Shown here piece after piece: positions 8,822 to 18,290 of a DNA stretch of 64,000 nt. The first letter of the stretch is position 1; each line of letters starts with the position of its first letter. The notes under the pieces were generated by a model. It was given only the letters and a program-made list of their open reading frames with translations, did no database searches and was not told where the DNA came from. The DNA lies in assembly GCA_016875395.1 (NCBI GenBank), contig VGRF01000002.1:207815-271814 (forward strand). Direction: 5' to 3'. Source of the DNA: Deltaproteobacteria bacterium (GTDB lineage Bacteria; Myxococcota_A; UBA9160; UBA6930). The position numbers and the translations under genes were made by a program.

Positions 8822-10984
8822 TCACTCCGGCAGCGCGAAGGCGACGTAGCGGTCGCCGCTCGGGCGGCCGAGCTTGCTGCCTCCTGCGGCGATCACGACG
8901 AATTGGCGGCCGGCGGCCTCGTAGACCGCGGGCGTTGCGAAGCCGGCCGCGGGCAGATCGGCTTCGTAGAGCAGGGCGCCACTCGCCTTGTCGAACGCGC
9001 GCAGCTTCGCGTCGGGCGTGCCCGCGATGAACACGAGCCCGCCCGCGGTGACGACGGGCCCGCCGTAGGTCTCGGCGCCGAGGCCGCGCATGCCGCGCGC
9101 GAGCGCCTCGGGGTAGTCGCCGAGCGGCACCTGCCACGCGATCTCGCCGCGCGCGAGGTCGATCGCGCTGAGCGTGCCCCACGGCGGCGCGATCGCGGGG
9201 AAGCCGTCGGGATCGAGGAACTTTCGGTACCCGGCGAGCATGTAGCGCGGGAACATCGCGCCGCTGGGCACGTCGCTGGCGGGCGTTTCCTCGATCCGCG
9301 CGGGACCGAGCGGCTCGAACAGGTACCAGAGCAGCGCCGCCATCTCGGCGTTCCCTAACAACGGAAGCGCCGGCATGCGCCCGCGTCCTTCCTGCACGAT
9401 GCGCCGCACCTCGAGCGCACCCAGGCGCTCGCCCAGATCAGTCAGGGCCGGCACGCCGCCGCCCCCCTCGCGCTGAAGGCCGTGGCAGCCCGCGCACAGC
9501 GAGAGGTACGCCGCGCGGCCGCCGCTCCCGAGACCCGCGACGCGCGGTGCTCGCGCCATCTGGATCACGTAGGGAACTTCCTGCGAGTTCACGTACAGCA
9601 GGGAAGTCTCGGGATCCCAGGCGAGCCCGCCCCATTCCGCACCGCCATCCATGCCGGGCAGCAGCGCAATGCCCGCTTCGCTTGGCGCAGCGAACGGCTC
9701 GCTGCTGGAGAAGGCACGGAGCTGCGCGAGCACGGCGGCGTGCGCCTCGGGCGTGCGCTGAGTGAGGTCGCTCTCGCGCACGTGCTGGCGCGCGAACGGC
9801 GGCGGGCGCTCGGGCAGCGGCTGCGTCGCCGCGAGCTGCTCGCCTTCGAGCGCGCTCGCGGGCGCGGGCACTTCGCGAATCGGGAACAGCGGCGTGCCGC
9901 TCTCGCGCTCGAACACGAACACGTGGCCGCTCTTCGTCGCCTGCGCCACGGCGTCGATGCGCCTGCCGTCGCGCTCGAGCGCGATCAGGTTCGGCGGCGC
10001 GGGCAGGTCGCGGTCCCACACGTCGTGGCGCACGACTTGGTAGTGCCAGCGCCGCTCTCCGGTCGCTGCGTCGAGCGCGACGAGCGAGCTCGCGAAGAGG
10101 TTGTAGCCGCGCCGATCGCCGCCGTAGAAGTCGTAGGTCGCGGAGCCGGTCGGCACGAACGCGATGCCGCGGGCTGCGTCGACGCGAATTCCCGCCCACG
10201 AGTTGGCGCCGCCGGCCGTGCGCCACGCCTCGGCGGGCCACGTCTCGTGTCCCGCTTCGCCGGGCTGCGGGATCGTGTGGAACGTCCAGCGCAGCGCGCC
10301 GGTCTTCGCGTCGAACGCGCGTACGTGGCCGGGCGAGGCGTCACCGAGCTCGGAGACTCGCCCGCCGATCAGGACGAGATCGCGGTAGATCGCGGGCGGC
10401 GTCGTCGCCGCGACCCACTGCGCATCGGCGTCGCGCCCGAGCCCTTCGCGCAGATCGACGCGGCCCGCGTCCCCGAAGCTCTCGATCGGCTCGCCGGTGC
10501 GCGCGTTCAGCGCCCACAGCGCAGCGCCTGCGCCGAAGAACACGCGCTCGTCCTCGCCGTCGGCCCAGAACGTGAGGCCGCGGCTCGGCGCGAGGCCGGG
10601 CCGCTCGCTTGCCGCGGGATCGAAGCTCCACAGCTCCGCGCCGGTCGCGGCATCGAGCGCGAACGCGCGCAGCGAAGGCGAGACGCCGTAGAGCACGCCG
10701 TTCACCACGAGCGGGTTGGTCTGGATCTGCGCGCACTGCGAGACGCCGCCGGCCGCGTACTCCCAGGCCACGCGCAGCTCGCGCACGTTCGTGCGATCGA
10801 TCTGCGCGAGCGGCGAGTGCTGTCCGTCGTTCAGGTACGTGCGCCACTCGTGCGAAGCCTCGGCGCTCTTCGCGCGCGCGCCCTCGAACGCGGCGGCGCC
10901 CGTGCTGCGATGCGACGCGGCGCCGCCGCAGGCGAGCGCGAGGGCTGCGAGAGCCGTGGGAGGCACGAAACGCAAGCGGCGCAC
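8822..10984 (-). CDS. PQQ-dependent dehydrogenase (beta-propeller) with embedded cytochrome c domain
   Basis: 720 aa; signal peptide MRRLRFVPPTALAALALAC; quinoprotein propeller repeats; CAGCHG heme-c motif about two thirds along. Confidence 0.8.
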   Translation of the reverse strand: MRRLRFVPPTALAALALACGGAASHRSTGAAAFEGARAKSAEASHEWRTYLNDGQHSPLAQIDRTNVRELRVAWEYAAGGVSQCAQIQTNPLVVNGVLYGVSPSLRAFALDAATGAELWSFDPAASERPGLAPSRGLTFWADGEDERVFFGAGAALWALNARTGEPIESFGDAGRVDLREGLGRDADAQWVAATTPPAIYRDLVLIGGRVSELGDASPGHVRAFDAKTGALRWTFHTIPQPGEAGHETWPAEAWRTAGGANSWAGIRVDAARGIAFVPTGSATYDFYGGDRRGYNLFASSLVALDAATGERRWHYQVVRHDVWDRDLPAPPNLIALERDGRRIDAVAQATKSGHVFVFERESGTPLFPIREVPAPASALEGEQLAATQPLPERPPPFARQHVRESDLTQRTPEAHAAVLAQLRAFSSSEPFAAPSEAGIALLPGMDGGAEWGGLAWDPETSLLYVNSQEVPYVIQMARAPRVAGLGSGGRAAYLSLCAGCHGLQREGGGGVPALTDLGERLGALEVRRIVQEGRGRMPALPLLGNAEMAALLWYLFEPLGPARIEETPASDVPSGAMFPRYMLAGYRKFLDPDGFPAIAPPWGTLSAIDLARGEIAWQVPLGDYPEALARGMRGLGAETYGGPVVTAGGLVFIAGTPDAKLRAFDKASGALLYEADLPAAGFATPAVYEAAGRQFVVIAAGGSKLGRPSGDRYVAFALPE

Positions 10985-11038
10985 GCCGCGACACTAATTC
11001 GTGTCGGAGGACGTGCGCCGCTCCGAAGTGCAGATCCG

Positions 11039-11440
11039 TCAGCCGCGGAAGAGCCAGCCCCAGTCGACTGCGATCACCACGTTCGGCACGAAGTGCGACG
11101 GAATGCCGTGGTACTTGCGCAGGTGGCGGTGGAACTTGTCTCTACTCCCCCAGCGCTTGCCGCACGGGCGGCAGCCGTAGCCGTAGTCGTGGTCGTGACG
11201 GCTGTAGTAGTCGCGGCCGTAATAACCGCGGTCGTGGCCCCAGCCACCTCGCCAATGACGGCGTCCCCGGTCCCAGTCGTGGTCGCAATGTCGACCGTGC
11301 TCGTGCACGGGGTAGCCGCGGCGGTAGCGGTAGTCGTCGTCGTCCCAGTCATCGTGGCCCGCCAGGGCAGGCGCGGCGAGCGAGACCGAGAGCAGCGCCG
11401 CGGCTGCCGCAGCGCGAAGTCGCGTGATCTGGAAACGCAT
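11039..11440 (-). CDS. secreted His/Asp/Arg/Tyr-rich protein with a C2H2 zinc-finger-like motif
   Basis: ATG at 11440 preceded by AGGAGG. Signal peptide MRFQITRLRAAAAAALLSVSLAAPALA. Mature part is HD/RG/Y rich and contains YGCRPCGKRWGSRDKFHRHLRKYH. Confidence 0.6.
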   Translation of the reverse strand: MRFQITRLRAAAAAALLSVSLAAPALAGHDDWDDDDYRYRRGYPVHEHGRHCDHDWDRGRRHWRGGWGHDRGYYGRDYYSRHDHDYGYGCRPCGKRWGSRDKFHRHLRKYHGIPSHFVPNVVIAVDWGWLFRG

Positions 11441-11538
11441 CCTGAGAACCTCCTGCGCACTGCGACGCCGCGACCCCGCGCTCGATTCATGGCGGGAGCT
11501 CGAGGTCGCGTGCGTCGATGTGACGATGCGCACACCCC

Positions 11539-12972
11539 GTGAAGCGCGCGCGCATTCGCCTACGTTCCGCGCAGCGCCTCGAGGTTGCCGTGACCGCCGC
11601 CATACCCGCCGATCGCGCCCGCGCCGTGTTCCCGCCCGGGGTTCGCCATCGCACGCCGTTCCCGTTCATGCGCGCGCTGCGCGCCGATCCGCTCGAAGCC
11701 GTCGGGAGCGCGCTGCGCGATCACGGCGACGCCGTGGGCATTCAGGGCGGGCCGATACGCGTCGTGGTGCTCGCGCGCCCCGAGTACGCGCGCCACGTGC
11801 TGATCCGCAACGCGCGCAACTACACGAAGGGCCCGCAGATCGCGAAGCTGCGGAGGATCGCGGGCAACGGCATGTTCTTCGTCGACGGCGACGAGTGGCT
11901 CCGCCAGCGCCGCATGATCGTGCCCGCGTTCCAGCGCGCGAAGATCGAGGCGATGGTGCCGCATCTCGTCGCGGGCGCGGACGCGCTGCTCGCGCGCTGG
12001 GAGCGCGAGCGAGCGAGCGGCGAGTTCTTCGACGTCGCGCCCGATCTCTCGAAGACCGCGCTCGACATCGTGTGCCGCGCGATGTTCGGCAGCGACGTGC
12101 GCGAGCACGCCGACGCGTTCCATCGCCATGCCACGTTCGCCGCGAGCTACGCCCAGTACCTGTTCGATCACGTGCTGCCGGTTCCGCGCTGGATCCCGAC
12201 CGCGCGGAGCCGCCGCATCAACGAGGCGCTGCGCTGGGTGCACGGCTTCGTCAGCGAGATGATCGCGTCGCACCGGCGGCTCGACCCGCTGCCCGACGAC
12301 ATGCTCGGGTTGTTGTTGAGGTTGCGCGACGAGGAGACCGGCGCTGCGCTGAGCGACACCGAGCTCTACGACGAGCTGATGACGTTCGTGAACGCGGGCC
12401 ACGAGACGACCGCGGTCTCGCTGAGCTGGTCGCTCTACGAGATCGGGCGGGACCCCGCGCTGCGGGCGCGCCTCGAAGCCGAGGCCGACGCGGAGCTCGC
12501 TGCCAGCGAGCCCACGCTCGCGGGCCTCGCTCGCCTCGATTTGTTGGGGAGAACGATCCGCGAGGTACTGCGCCTGCATCCGCCCGGCTGGGCGATTCCG
12601 CGAGAGGCGAGCGAGCAGGACGAGATCGACGGCGTGCTGATTCCGAAGGGCGCGACCGCGCTGATCGCCGTCTACTTCCTGCACCGGCATCCCGAGTTCT
12701 GGAACGAGCCCGAGCGCTTCGACCCGGATCGCTGGCTCGAAGCGCGCGACGAGCCGCGCCACGCGTTCGCCTATCTCCCGTTCGGCCTCGGCGGCCGGCG
12801 CTGCGTGGGCGAAGACTTCGCGCTGCTCGAGCTGCGCGCGGTGCTCGCGCGCGTCCTGCAGCGCTTCCACGTGGAGATCGACCCCGCTCATCCCGTCGTG
12901 GCGCGTCCACAGCTCACGCTGAAGCCGGCGCACGGGGTGAGGCTGCGGCTCACGCCGCGGAGGGGCGCATGA
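11539..12972 (+). CDS. cytochrome P450
   Basis: 477 aa; heme loop FGLGGRRCVGEDFA; ETxR-type helix K region. Start codon uncertain. Confidence 0.85.
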   Translation: MKRARIRLRSAQRLEVAVTAAIPADRARAVFPPGVRHRTPFPFMRALRADPLEAVGSALRDHGDAVGIQGGPIRVVVLARPEYARHVLIRNARNYTKGPQIAKLRRIAGNGMFFVDGDEWLRQRRMIVPAFQRAKIEAMVPHLVAGADALLARWERERASGEFFDVAPDLSKTALDIVCRAMFGSDVREHADAFHRHATFAASYAQYLFDHVLPVPRWIPTARSRRINEALRWVHGFVSEMIASHRRLDPLPDDMLGLLLRLRDEETGAALSDTELYDELMTFVNAGHETTAVSLSWSLYEIGRDPALRARLEAEADAELAASEPTLAGLARLDLLGRTIREVLRLHPPGWAIPREASEQDEIDGVLIPKGATALIAVYFLHRHPEFWNEPERFDPDRWLEARDEPRHAFAYLPFGLGGRRCVGEDFALLELRAVLARVLQRFHVEIDPAHPVVARPQLTLKPAHGVRLRLTPRRGA

Positions 12973-13229
12973 GCGACGGCGTCACGAAGGCGCAGGTCGA
13001 GGCGCGGCTGCGCGAGCGGCTCGCGCCGGCGCAGCTCGAGGTGGTGGACGAGAGCCACCTGCACGTCGGTCACGGCGCGCCGGGCTCGCACTTTCGCGTG
13101 CACATCACGTCGGCGCGCTTTGCGGGGCTGAGCCGCGTCGCCGCGCAGCGGCTCGTGTACGAGGCGCTCGGCGACTGGATCGGCGGCGCCATTCATGCCT
13201 GCGCCGTGAGTGCGCGCGCGCCGAGCTGA
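12969..13229 (+). CDS. BolA family protein
   Basis: ATG at 12969 overlaps the P450 stop (ATGA). 86 aa; VVDESHLHVGHGAPGSHFRVHITSARFAGLSRVAAQRLVYEAL matches the BolA pattern. Confidence 0.85.
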   Translation: MSDGVTKAQVEARLRERLAPAQLEVVDESHLHVGHGAPGSHFRVHITSARFAGLSRVAAQRLVYEALGDWIGGAIHACAVSARAPS

Positions 13230-13252
13230 TCCTCCCGTCGCCGGGCGCGCGT

Positions 13253-13645
13253 CTAGTCGGCTGCGGGCGGCGTGACCTGCGCGCGCGCGAGCTCGTCCGC
13301 GGTCTCGCGCAGCTGCACGAGCCAGCCCGCATCGCCGCGCGCGAGGTGCGTGTGGAAGCGCAGCGGCGCGGCGACGCCTTCGCGCAGGAACATCGTCTCG
13401 ACCAGTGCGTCGTCCTCCGCGACTGCGGCGGCGCCGATGGCCGGCGGCTCTTCTCGCGCGCTCGCCCCTAACAACTGAGCGAGAGCCGACTCGTCGGGGC
13501 TCGCGAGCTGCGCAGCGCCCGCCGCATCTCCCGCTACCGCCGCGCTCCAGAACTCGAGCGCGACTTCCTCGGGCGCCGGCGCGGGCTCGGCGCACGCGAG
13601 CAGCGCAGCCAGGACGGCCGCGAGCGTGAGGCGTGCCGTGAGCAT
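13253..13645 (-). CDS. lipoprotein of unknown function
   Basis: 130 aa; MLTARLTLAAVLAALLAC lipobox. Confidence 0.55.
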   Translation of the reverse strand: MLTARLTLAAVLAALLACAEPAPAPEEVALEFWSAAVAGDAAGAAQLASPDESALAQLLGASAREEPPAIGAAAVAEDDALVETMFLREGVAAPLRFHTHLARGDAGWLVQLRETADELARAQVTPPAAD

Positions 13646-13692
13646 GCGATCACCCTAGCAGCGATCACCGGCGTCTCCAGCCGAGCGGTTGT

Positions 13693-13748
13693 TAGAACCC
13701 GTCTCGAGATTCCTCTCGTCGCCGGGTGCGCGTCCGAGACGGGTTCTA
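13693..13748 (-). terminator. 14-bp perfect inverted repeat starting at the stop codon of the 13746-14147 gene
   Basis: TAGAACCCGTCTCG (13693-13706) and CGAGACGGGTTCTA (13735-13748) are separated by 28 nt. No U-tract, so intrinsic termination is not assured. Confidence 0.4.
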
Positions 13749-14147
13749 GTGCTTCGACTTGCCCTGCTTCTTCGTCTGTCCCGGCGGGCCGCCATGCGGG
13801 TGGCGCTTCTTGTAGAGCTTCGCGGGAACGCGCTCGTACGCGAGTGCCCGCCACGGGCCGCTCGCGCCGACGGCGATCTCCCAGCGGTCGCCGACGATGC
13901 GGAAGTAGCTGCCATCGAGGAACCAGACGTCGCGCAAATCGACCACGACGTACACGCCGAGCGCCGAGTCGAACACCAGATCGTGATCGTGATGCTTGTG
14001 CCGGTAGCCGTGTGCGGGCGCGTGCGGCGGCGGCCCTGGGCGGCGAACCGCGGCGCGGTGCGGCGCGTGGCCGCCAGTCTCGACGACGCAGGCGAGCGAC
14101 GAGAGCGAAAGAGCGAGCAGAGCGACGGCGCGGAGCGAGGTGCGCAT
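13746..14147 (-). CDS. His-rich lipoprotein of unknown function
   Basis: 133 aa; MRTSLRAVALLALSLSSLAC lipobox; HAPAHGYRHKHHDHD stretch. Confidence 0.55.
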   Translation of the reverse strand: MRTSLRAVALLALSLSSLACVVETGGHAPHRAAVRRPGPPPHAPAHGYRHKHHDHDLVFDSALGVYVVVDLRDVWFLDGSYFRIVGDRWEIAVGASGPWRALAYERVPAKLYKKRHPHGGPPGQTKKQGKSKH

Positions 14148-14261
14148 GAAGGCCTCCTGAGGGCCCGTGCACCATCGGAAGAAACGCGCGGCCGGCTGTA
14201 GTGGCCGTCACGAACCGCGAGGGGGCTTCAGCCGAGTGCGAGTTCGGACGAGGCGTTTCCC

Positions 14262-14606
14262 ATGACCCGACGAATCCTGGCCGCGTCGCTGGCCCTTCTG
14301 CTCCTACCCGCCCTGAGTGGCTGCTGGGTGCTCGACGAGCTCGACAGCGGCATCGAGAAGATCGACAAGCACAGCGGCGGAAAGAAACAGAACACGCCGA
14401 GCACGGCGACACAGCCGGCCGCAGCTGCGGAGCCGAAGAAGGGCGCCGTGGACGACTACTTCCGCAAGGAGAACGAGGCGGGCACGACGCGCACGATCTC
14501 ACCGGGCCAAGTCAGCGAAGGCATCGTGAATTGCCGCATCGGCGAATCGATGCAGTTCATGACGAAGGACGCCTGCGCCGCACGCGGGGGCATCGAAGGC
14601 GCGTAG
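14262..14606 (+). CDS. lipoprotein of unknown function
   Basis: 114 aa; LLLPALSGC lipobox. Confidence 0.55.
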   Translation: MTRRILAASLALLLLPALSGCWVLDELDSGIEKIDKHSGGKKQNTPSTATQPAAAAEPKKGAVDDYFRKENEAGTTRTISPGQVSEGIVNCRIGESMQFMTKDACAARGGIEGA

Positions 14607-14628
14607 CGGTGCGCGCTGACCTCGCCCG

Positions 14629-15480
14629 TCAGACGAAGCGCGCGAGCCACTCTGCGAGATCGACCGAGAAGCCCGCCGCGTTCTTGTGGCCGCCGCCGCC
14701 CAGCGAGGTCGCGATCGCGGCGACGTCGCAGTCGCCGATCGAGTAGAGCGATACGTCCACGCGCCGGCCCTCGACGCGAAACACCGCGCCGGCTGGCGTG
14801 CCGTAGCGCGCGCGCAGCGCGAGCTCGTGGCCGATCTCGGCGCGCTGCGTGCGCGCGTTCACGCCCTCGAGACGCAGCGGCCCGATCGCGAGCGGCTGCG
14901 TGTGGGTGAGAGCGCGCTCGATCTCGATGCGAAACGCGCGCAGGATCGGCGCGCCCTCGTCCGCGAGCGCCTCGATCGGTTGCGCAGCGAGCGCGCTCCA
15001 CGCGCGGAACTCGCGCGGATGCGACGCGATCGTCGCGTTCACCTCGCGGCTGCGCGGCAGCTTCCACGCCCAGAGGTCTTGGTCCTCGACGTAGGCGAGC
15101 AGATCGGGCAGCGCCTCGTCCGGATGCAGCGCGCCCCACGCGAGCGCGGCGCCGGAGCGCGAGAGGTCGAAGCGCACCTGGTGGCCGGAGCGCTCGAGCT
15201 CGCGGGCGAGAAACGGGTCCGCCTCGAAGTCGCGCTGCGCGGTGACGTGATGATCGAGCACCACCAGCTGCGCCGCGTGCTCCGCGAGCGGCCGGTACGC
15301 GCGCGGCGGCGGCGCGATGTCGGCGAACAGCACGTACGCGCCCTCGAGCTCGTGCGCGCGCAGCGGGTCCTCGTGCCCGCGCGGCACGTACGCGCCGCGC
15401 TCCCCCCACGCGAGCCACGCCGACCACGCGGCCCCGAATCCATCGGGACAGCCCGCGTGGTAGATGCAGACGTGGCGCAT
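14629..15480 (-). CDS. DHH/DHHA1 family phosphoesterase
   Basis: Start taken at MRHVCIYHAGCPDG (ATG 15480). Contains the VVLDHH motif and the DHHA1 motif GGGGHKNAAGF. Confidence 0.75.
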   Translation of the reverse strand: MRHVCIYHAGCPDGFGAAWSAWLAWGERGAYVPRGHEDPLRAHELEGAYVLFADIAPPPRAYRPLAEHAAQLVVLDHHVTAQRDFEADPFLARELERSGHQVRFDLSRSGAALAWGALHPDEALPDLLAYVEDQDLWAWKLPRSREVNATIASHPREFRAWSALAAQPIEALADEGAPILRAFRIEIERALTHTQPLAIGPLRLEGVNARTQRAEIGHELALRARYGTPAGAVFRVEGRRVDVSLYSIGDCDVAAIATSLGGGGHKNAAGFSVDLAEWLARFV

Positions 15481-15493
15481 CGACCGAGCGTAC

Positions 15494-15516
15494 GTGCAAC
15501 GGGGACGTGCGTGCAT
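15494..15516 (+). repeat. single copy of the GGGGACGTNCGTGCA repeat unit (family A, copy 7)
   Basis: GTGCAACGGGGACGTGCGTGCAT matches the reverse complement of 20162-20184 with one mismatch. Lies 14 nt upstream of the DHH start codon, in the divergent DHH/pabB spacer. Confidence 0.5.
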
Positions 15517-15547
15517 CTCCGCTCTCGCCGTTAGCCTCCGCGCCCCG

Positions 15548-16915
15548 ATGCCCCCCGCTTACGCCTACAGCGCTGCGCCGATCCCGTGCGACTGGCTCGC
15601 CCTCGTCGCGGGCCTCGCACGGCGCCGCGGCTTCTGGTGGCTCGACAGCGCGCTCGTCGGCGCGCCGCTCGGGCGCTTCTCGTTCGCGGGCGCCGAGCCC
15701 GCGCAGCTCGCGCACCTCGACGGCGCGGCCGATCCGCTCGCCGCGCTGCGCGCGCTGCTGCCCGCTGCGGGGGCGCGCGTCGAGTGCGCAGACGCTGAGC
15801 CGTGCGCGCTGCCGTTCGTGGGCGGAGTCGTCACGGGGCTCGGCTACGAGCTCGGCTCGCGCTTCGAGCGCGTGCCGATCGCGCAGGACGACGCGCCCGT
15901 TCCGCTGGGCTCGTTCGCGCTGCGCGTCGACCGCTTCTTCGCGTGTGATCACCTGAATGCGCGCGTCTGGGCGATCGCGCTGTGCGCGGGAGCGAGCGCG
16001 CGCGAGGCGGCGCAGGCTGCGCGCGAGCTCGCAGCGAACGCGCCGTCCGCAGCGTGGCCTGAAGCGCCCGCGCCGCAGCGCGCACGCTCCGACGTGAGCC
16101 GCGGCTTCGATGCGCAGGAGCACGCGAAGGCGGTCGCGCTGATTCGCGAGCGCATCGCGGACGGCGCGCTCTATCAGGCGTGCCTCACACATCGCCTCGA
16201 AGCGCCGTTCGCGGGCGACGCGTTCGCTTATTACTGCGCGCTGCGCGCCGCGAACCCGGCGCCGTTCGGCGCCTTCATCGCGCTGCCCGAAGGTGCGATC
16301 GCGTGCAGCTCGCCCGAGCGCTTCCTGAAGCTCGACGGCGCGCGCTGGCTCGAGACGCGCCCGATCAAGGGCACGCGCCCGCGCCGTGTGGACCCCGCGG
16401 CGGACCGCGCCGAGGCGGCGGCGCTGCGCGCGAGCGAGAAGGACCGCGCGGAGAACCTGATGATCGTGGACCTCGCCCGGAACGATCTCGGGCGCGTCTC
16501 CGAGCTCGGCAGCGTGCACGTGCCCGAGCTGTTCGCGGTGGAGTCGTACGCCACGGTGCACCAGCTCGTCTCGACCGTGCGAGGACGGCTGCGACCCGAG
16601 CTCGATGCGACGGGCGCGATTCGCGCCGCGTTTCCGCCCGGCTCGATGACGGGCGCGCCGAAGCTCGCGGCGATGGCGCTGCTCGCGCGCATCGAGCGCG
16701 CGCGCCGCGGCCTCTACGCCGGTGCGCTCGGTTACCTCGACGTGCGCGGTGGCTGCGATCTCGCGGTGGTGATTCGCAGCGCGTTCCTGACCGCGGGACG
16801 CATCGCGCTGCACACGGGCGGCGGCATCGTCGCGGACAGCGACGCCACAGCGGAGTGGGCCGAGGCGGAGGCGAAGGCCGCGGCGCTGCTGCGCGCCGCC
16901 GGCGCGAAGGTTTGA
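15548..16915 (+). CDS. pabB: aminodeoxychorismate (or anthranilate) synthase component I
   Basis: Chorismate-binding family motifs SPERFLKL, PIKGTRPR, AFPPGSMTGAPK and GALGYLD. ATG at 15548 chosen. Confidence 0.75.
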   Translation: MPPAYAYSAAPIPCDWLALVAGLARRRGFWWLDSALVGAPLGRFSFAGAEPAQLAHLDGAADPLAALRALLPAAGARVECADAEPCALPFVGGVVTGLGYELGSRFERVPIAQDDAPVPLGSFALRVDRFFACDHLNARVWAIALCAGASAREAAQAARELAANAPSAAWPEAPAPQRARSDVSRGFDAQEHAKAVALIRERIADGALYQACLTHRLEAPFAGDAFAYYCALRAANPAPFGAFIALPEGAIACSSPERFLKLDGARWLETRPIKGTRPRRVDPAADRAEAAALRASEKDRAENLMIVDLARNDLGRVSELGSVHVPELFAVESYATVHQLVSTVRGRLRPELDATGAIRAAFPPGSMTGAPKLAAMALLARIERARRGLYAGALGYLDVRGGCDLAVVIRSAFLTAGRIALHTGGGIVADSDATAEWAEAEAKAAALLRAAGAKV

Positions 16916-16978
16916 GCGCGCGCTGCCGAGCCGCGCGTCTCGCGTGGTAGCTTCGCCTCCTTCCTCGGGAGGCCCACC

Positions 16979-18277
16979 ATGCATCGCGCGCTTCGTTTCG
17001 TGCTCGCCGCCGCAGTCGCGCTCGGCGCGGCGTTCGCCGCGCAGGCGGACGAGACCTGCCAGTCGCCGTACCTGCCCAAGATCGTCGGGCAGGAAGACTT
17101 CATCTACGTGTGGACGCTCGGGGTCGAGGGCCTCGGAGACGGCTCGGACAAGCTCGTCACGGTCGGCGCGAACCCGAGCCGCAGTGATTACGGCAAAGTC
17201 GTGCACTCGCTCTCTGTCGGCGGGCGCAACGAAGCGCACCACGCGGGCTTCACCGACGACCGCCGCCACCTTTGGGCCGGCGGCCTCGACTCGAGCAAGA
17301 TCTTCGTGTTCGACGTCGCGACGGATCCAGCAGCGCCGAAGCTGCTGCGCACGATCGAGGACTTCCCCGCGAAGACCGGCTGGGTCGGCCCGCACACGTT
17401 CTATCCGATCCCCGGCCGCATGCTGATCACCGGCCTCTCGAACGCGAAGGATCTCGGCGGGCGCACCGGCTTCGCCGAGTACAACAACGACGGCACGCTG
17501 GTGCGCACCGTGTCGATGCCCGAGGGCGCCCCTTACGGCTACGACCTGCGCATCAACGCGCACCTGAATCGCATGCTCTCGTCGTCGTTCACGGGCCACC
17601 AGAACTACATGCGCAAGCTGCCCGAGCTGTTGGGCGACGCCGAGGCGATGAAGAATTTCGGCAACACCATGGTGGTGTGGGACTTCCACGCGCGGCGGGC
17701 GCTGCAAACGCTCGACGTGCCGGGCGCGCCGCTCGAAGTGCGCTGGGCGCTCGCGCCCGACGCGGAGTACGCGTTCACGAGCACCGCGCTCACCTCGAAG
17801 ATCTGGGGCGTTTTCCGCAAGGAGGACGGCTCGTTCGAGGCGGTCGAGGTGGGCACGATCGGCGACCCCGCGAAGGTTCCGCTGCCCGTCGACATCTCGC
17901 TCTCGCGCGACGACAAGTTCCTGTTCGTCGACACCTTCTTCGACGGCACGGTGCGCGTGTTCGACGTGAGCAGCCCGCGCGCGGCGAAGCAGGTGTACGA
18001 ACACAAGATCGGCTCGCAGGTGAACATGGTCTCGCAGAGCTGGGACGGGAAGCGCCTCTACTTCACCAGCTCGCTGCTCGCGAACTGGGACGGCACGGGC
18101 CACCCCGACGAGCAGTTCCTGAAAGCGTTCACCTGGGACGGCGCCAAGCTCGCGCCCACTTTCGCGATCGACTTCACCGAGGCGAAGCTCGGCCGGCCCC
18201 ATCACATGCACTTCGGCCAGCTCGGCTTCTGGGGCCTGCCCGCGGAAGGCGCGGCGGGCGGTGAAGTGGCGAAGTAG
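16979..18277 (+). CDS. selenium-binding protein (SBP56) family, methanethiol oxidase-like
   Basis: 432 aa with a signal peptide. The YVWTLG..DKLVTV..GRNEAHHAGF..KIFVFDV pattern is typical of SBP56. Followed by an SCO1 gene, the pairing described for bacterial mtoX. Confidence 0.8.
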   Translation: MHRALRFVLAAAVALGAAFAAQADETCQSPYLPKIVGQEDFIYVWTLGVEGLGDGSDKLVTVGANPSRSDYGKVVHSLSVGGRNEAHHAGFTDDRRHLWAGGLDSSKIFVFDVATDPAAPKLLRTIEDFPAKTGWVGPHTFYPIPGRMLITGLSNAKDLGGRTGFAEYNNDGTLVRTVSMPEGAPYGYDLRINAHLNRMLSSSFTGHQNYMRKLPELLGDAEAMKNFGNTMVVWDFHARRALQTLDVPGAPLEVRWALAPDAEYAFTSTALTSKIWGVFRKEDGSFEAVEVGTIGDPAKVPLPVDISLSRDDKFLFVDTFFDGTVRVFDVSSPRAAKQVYEHKIGSQVNMVSQSWDGKRLYFTSSLLANWDGTGHPDEQFLKAFTWDGAKLAPTFAIDFTEAKLGRPHHMHFGQLGFWGLPAEGAAGGEVAK

Positions 18278-18290
18278 CTCGGGAGAAGCG

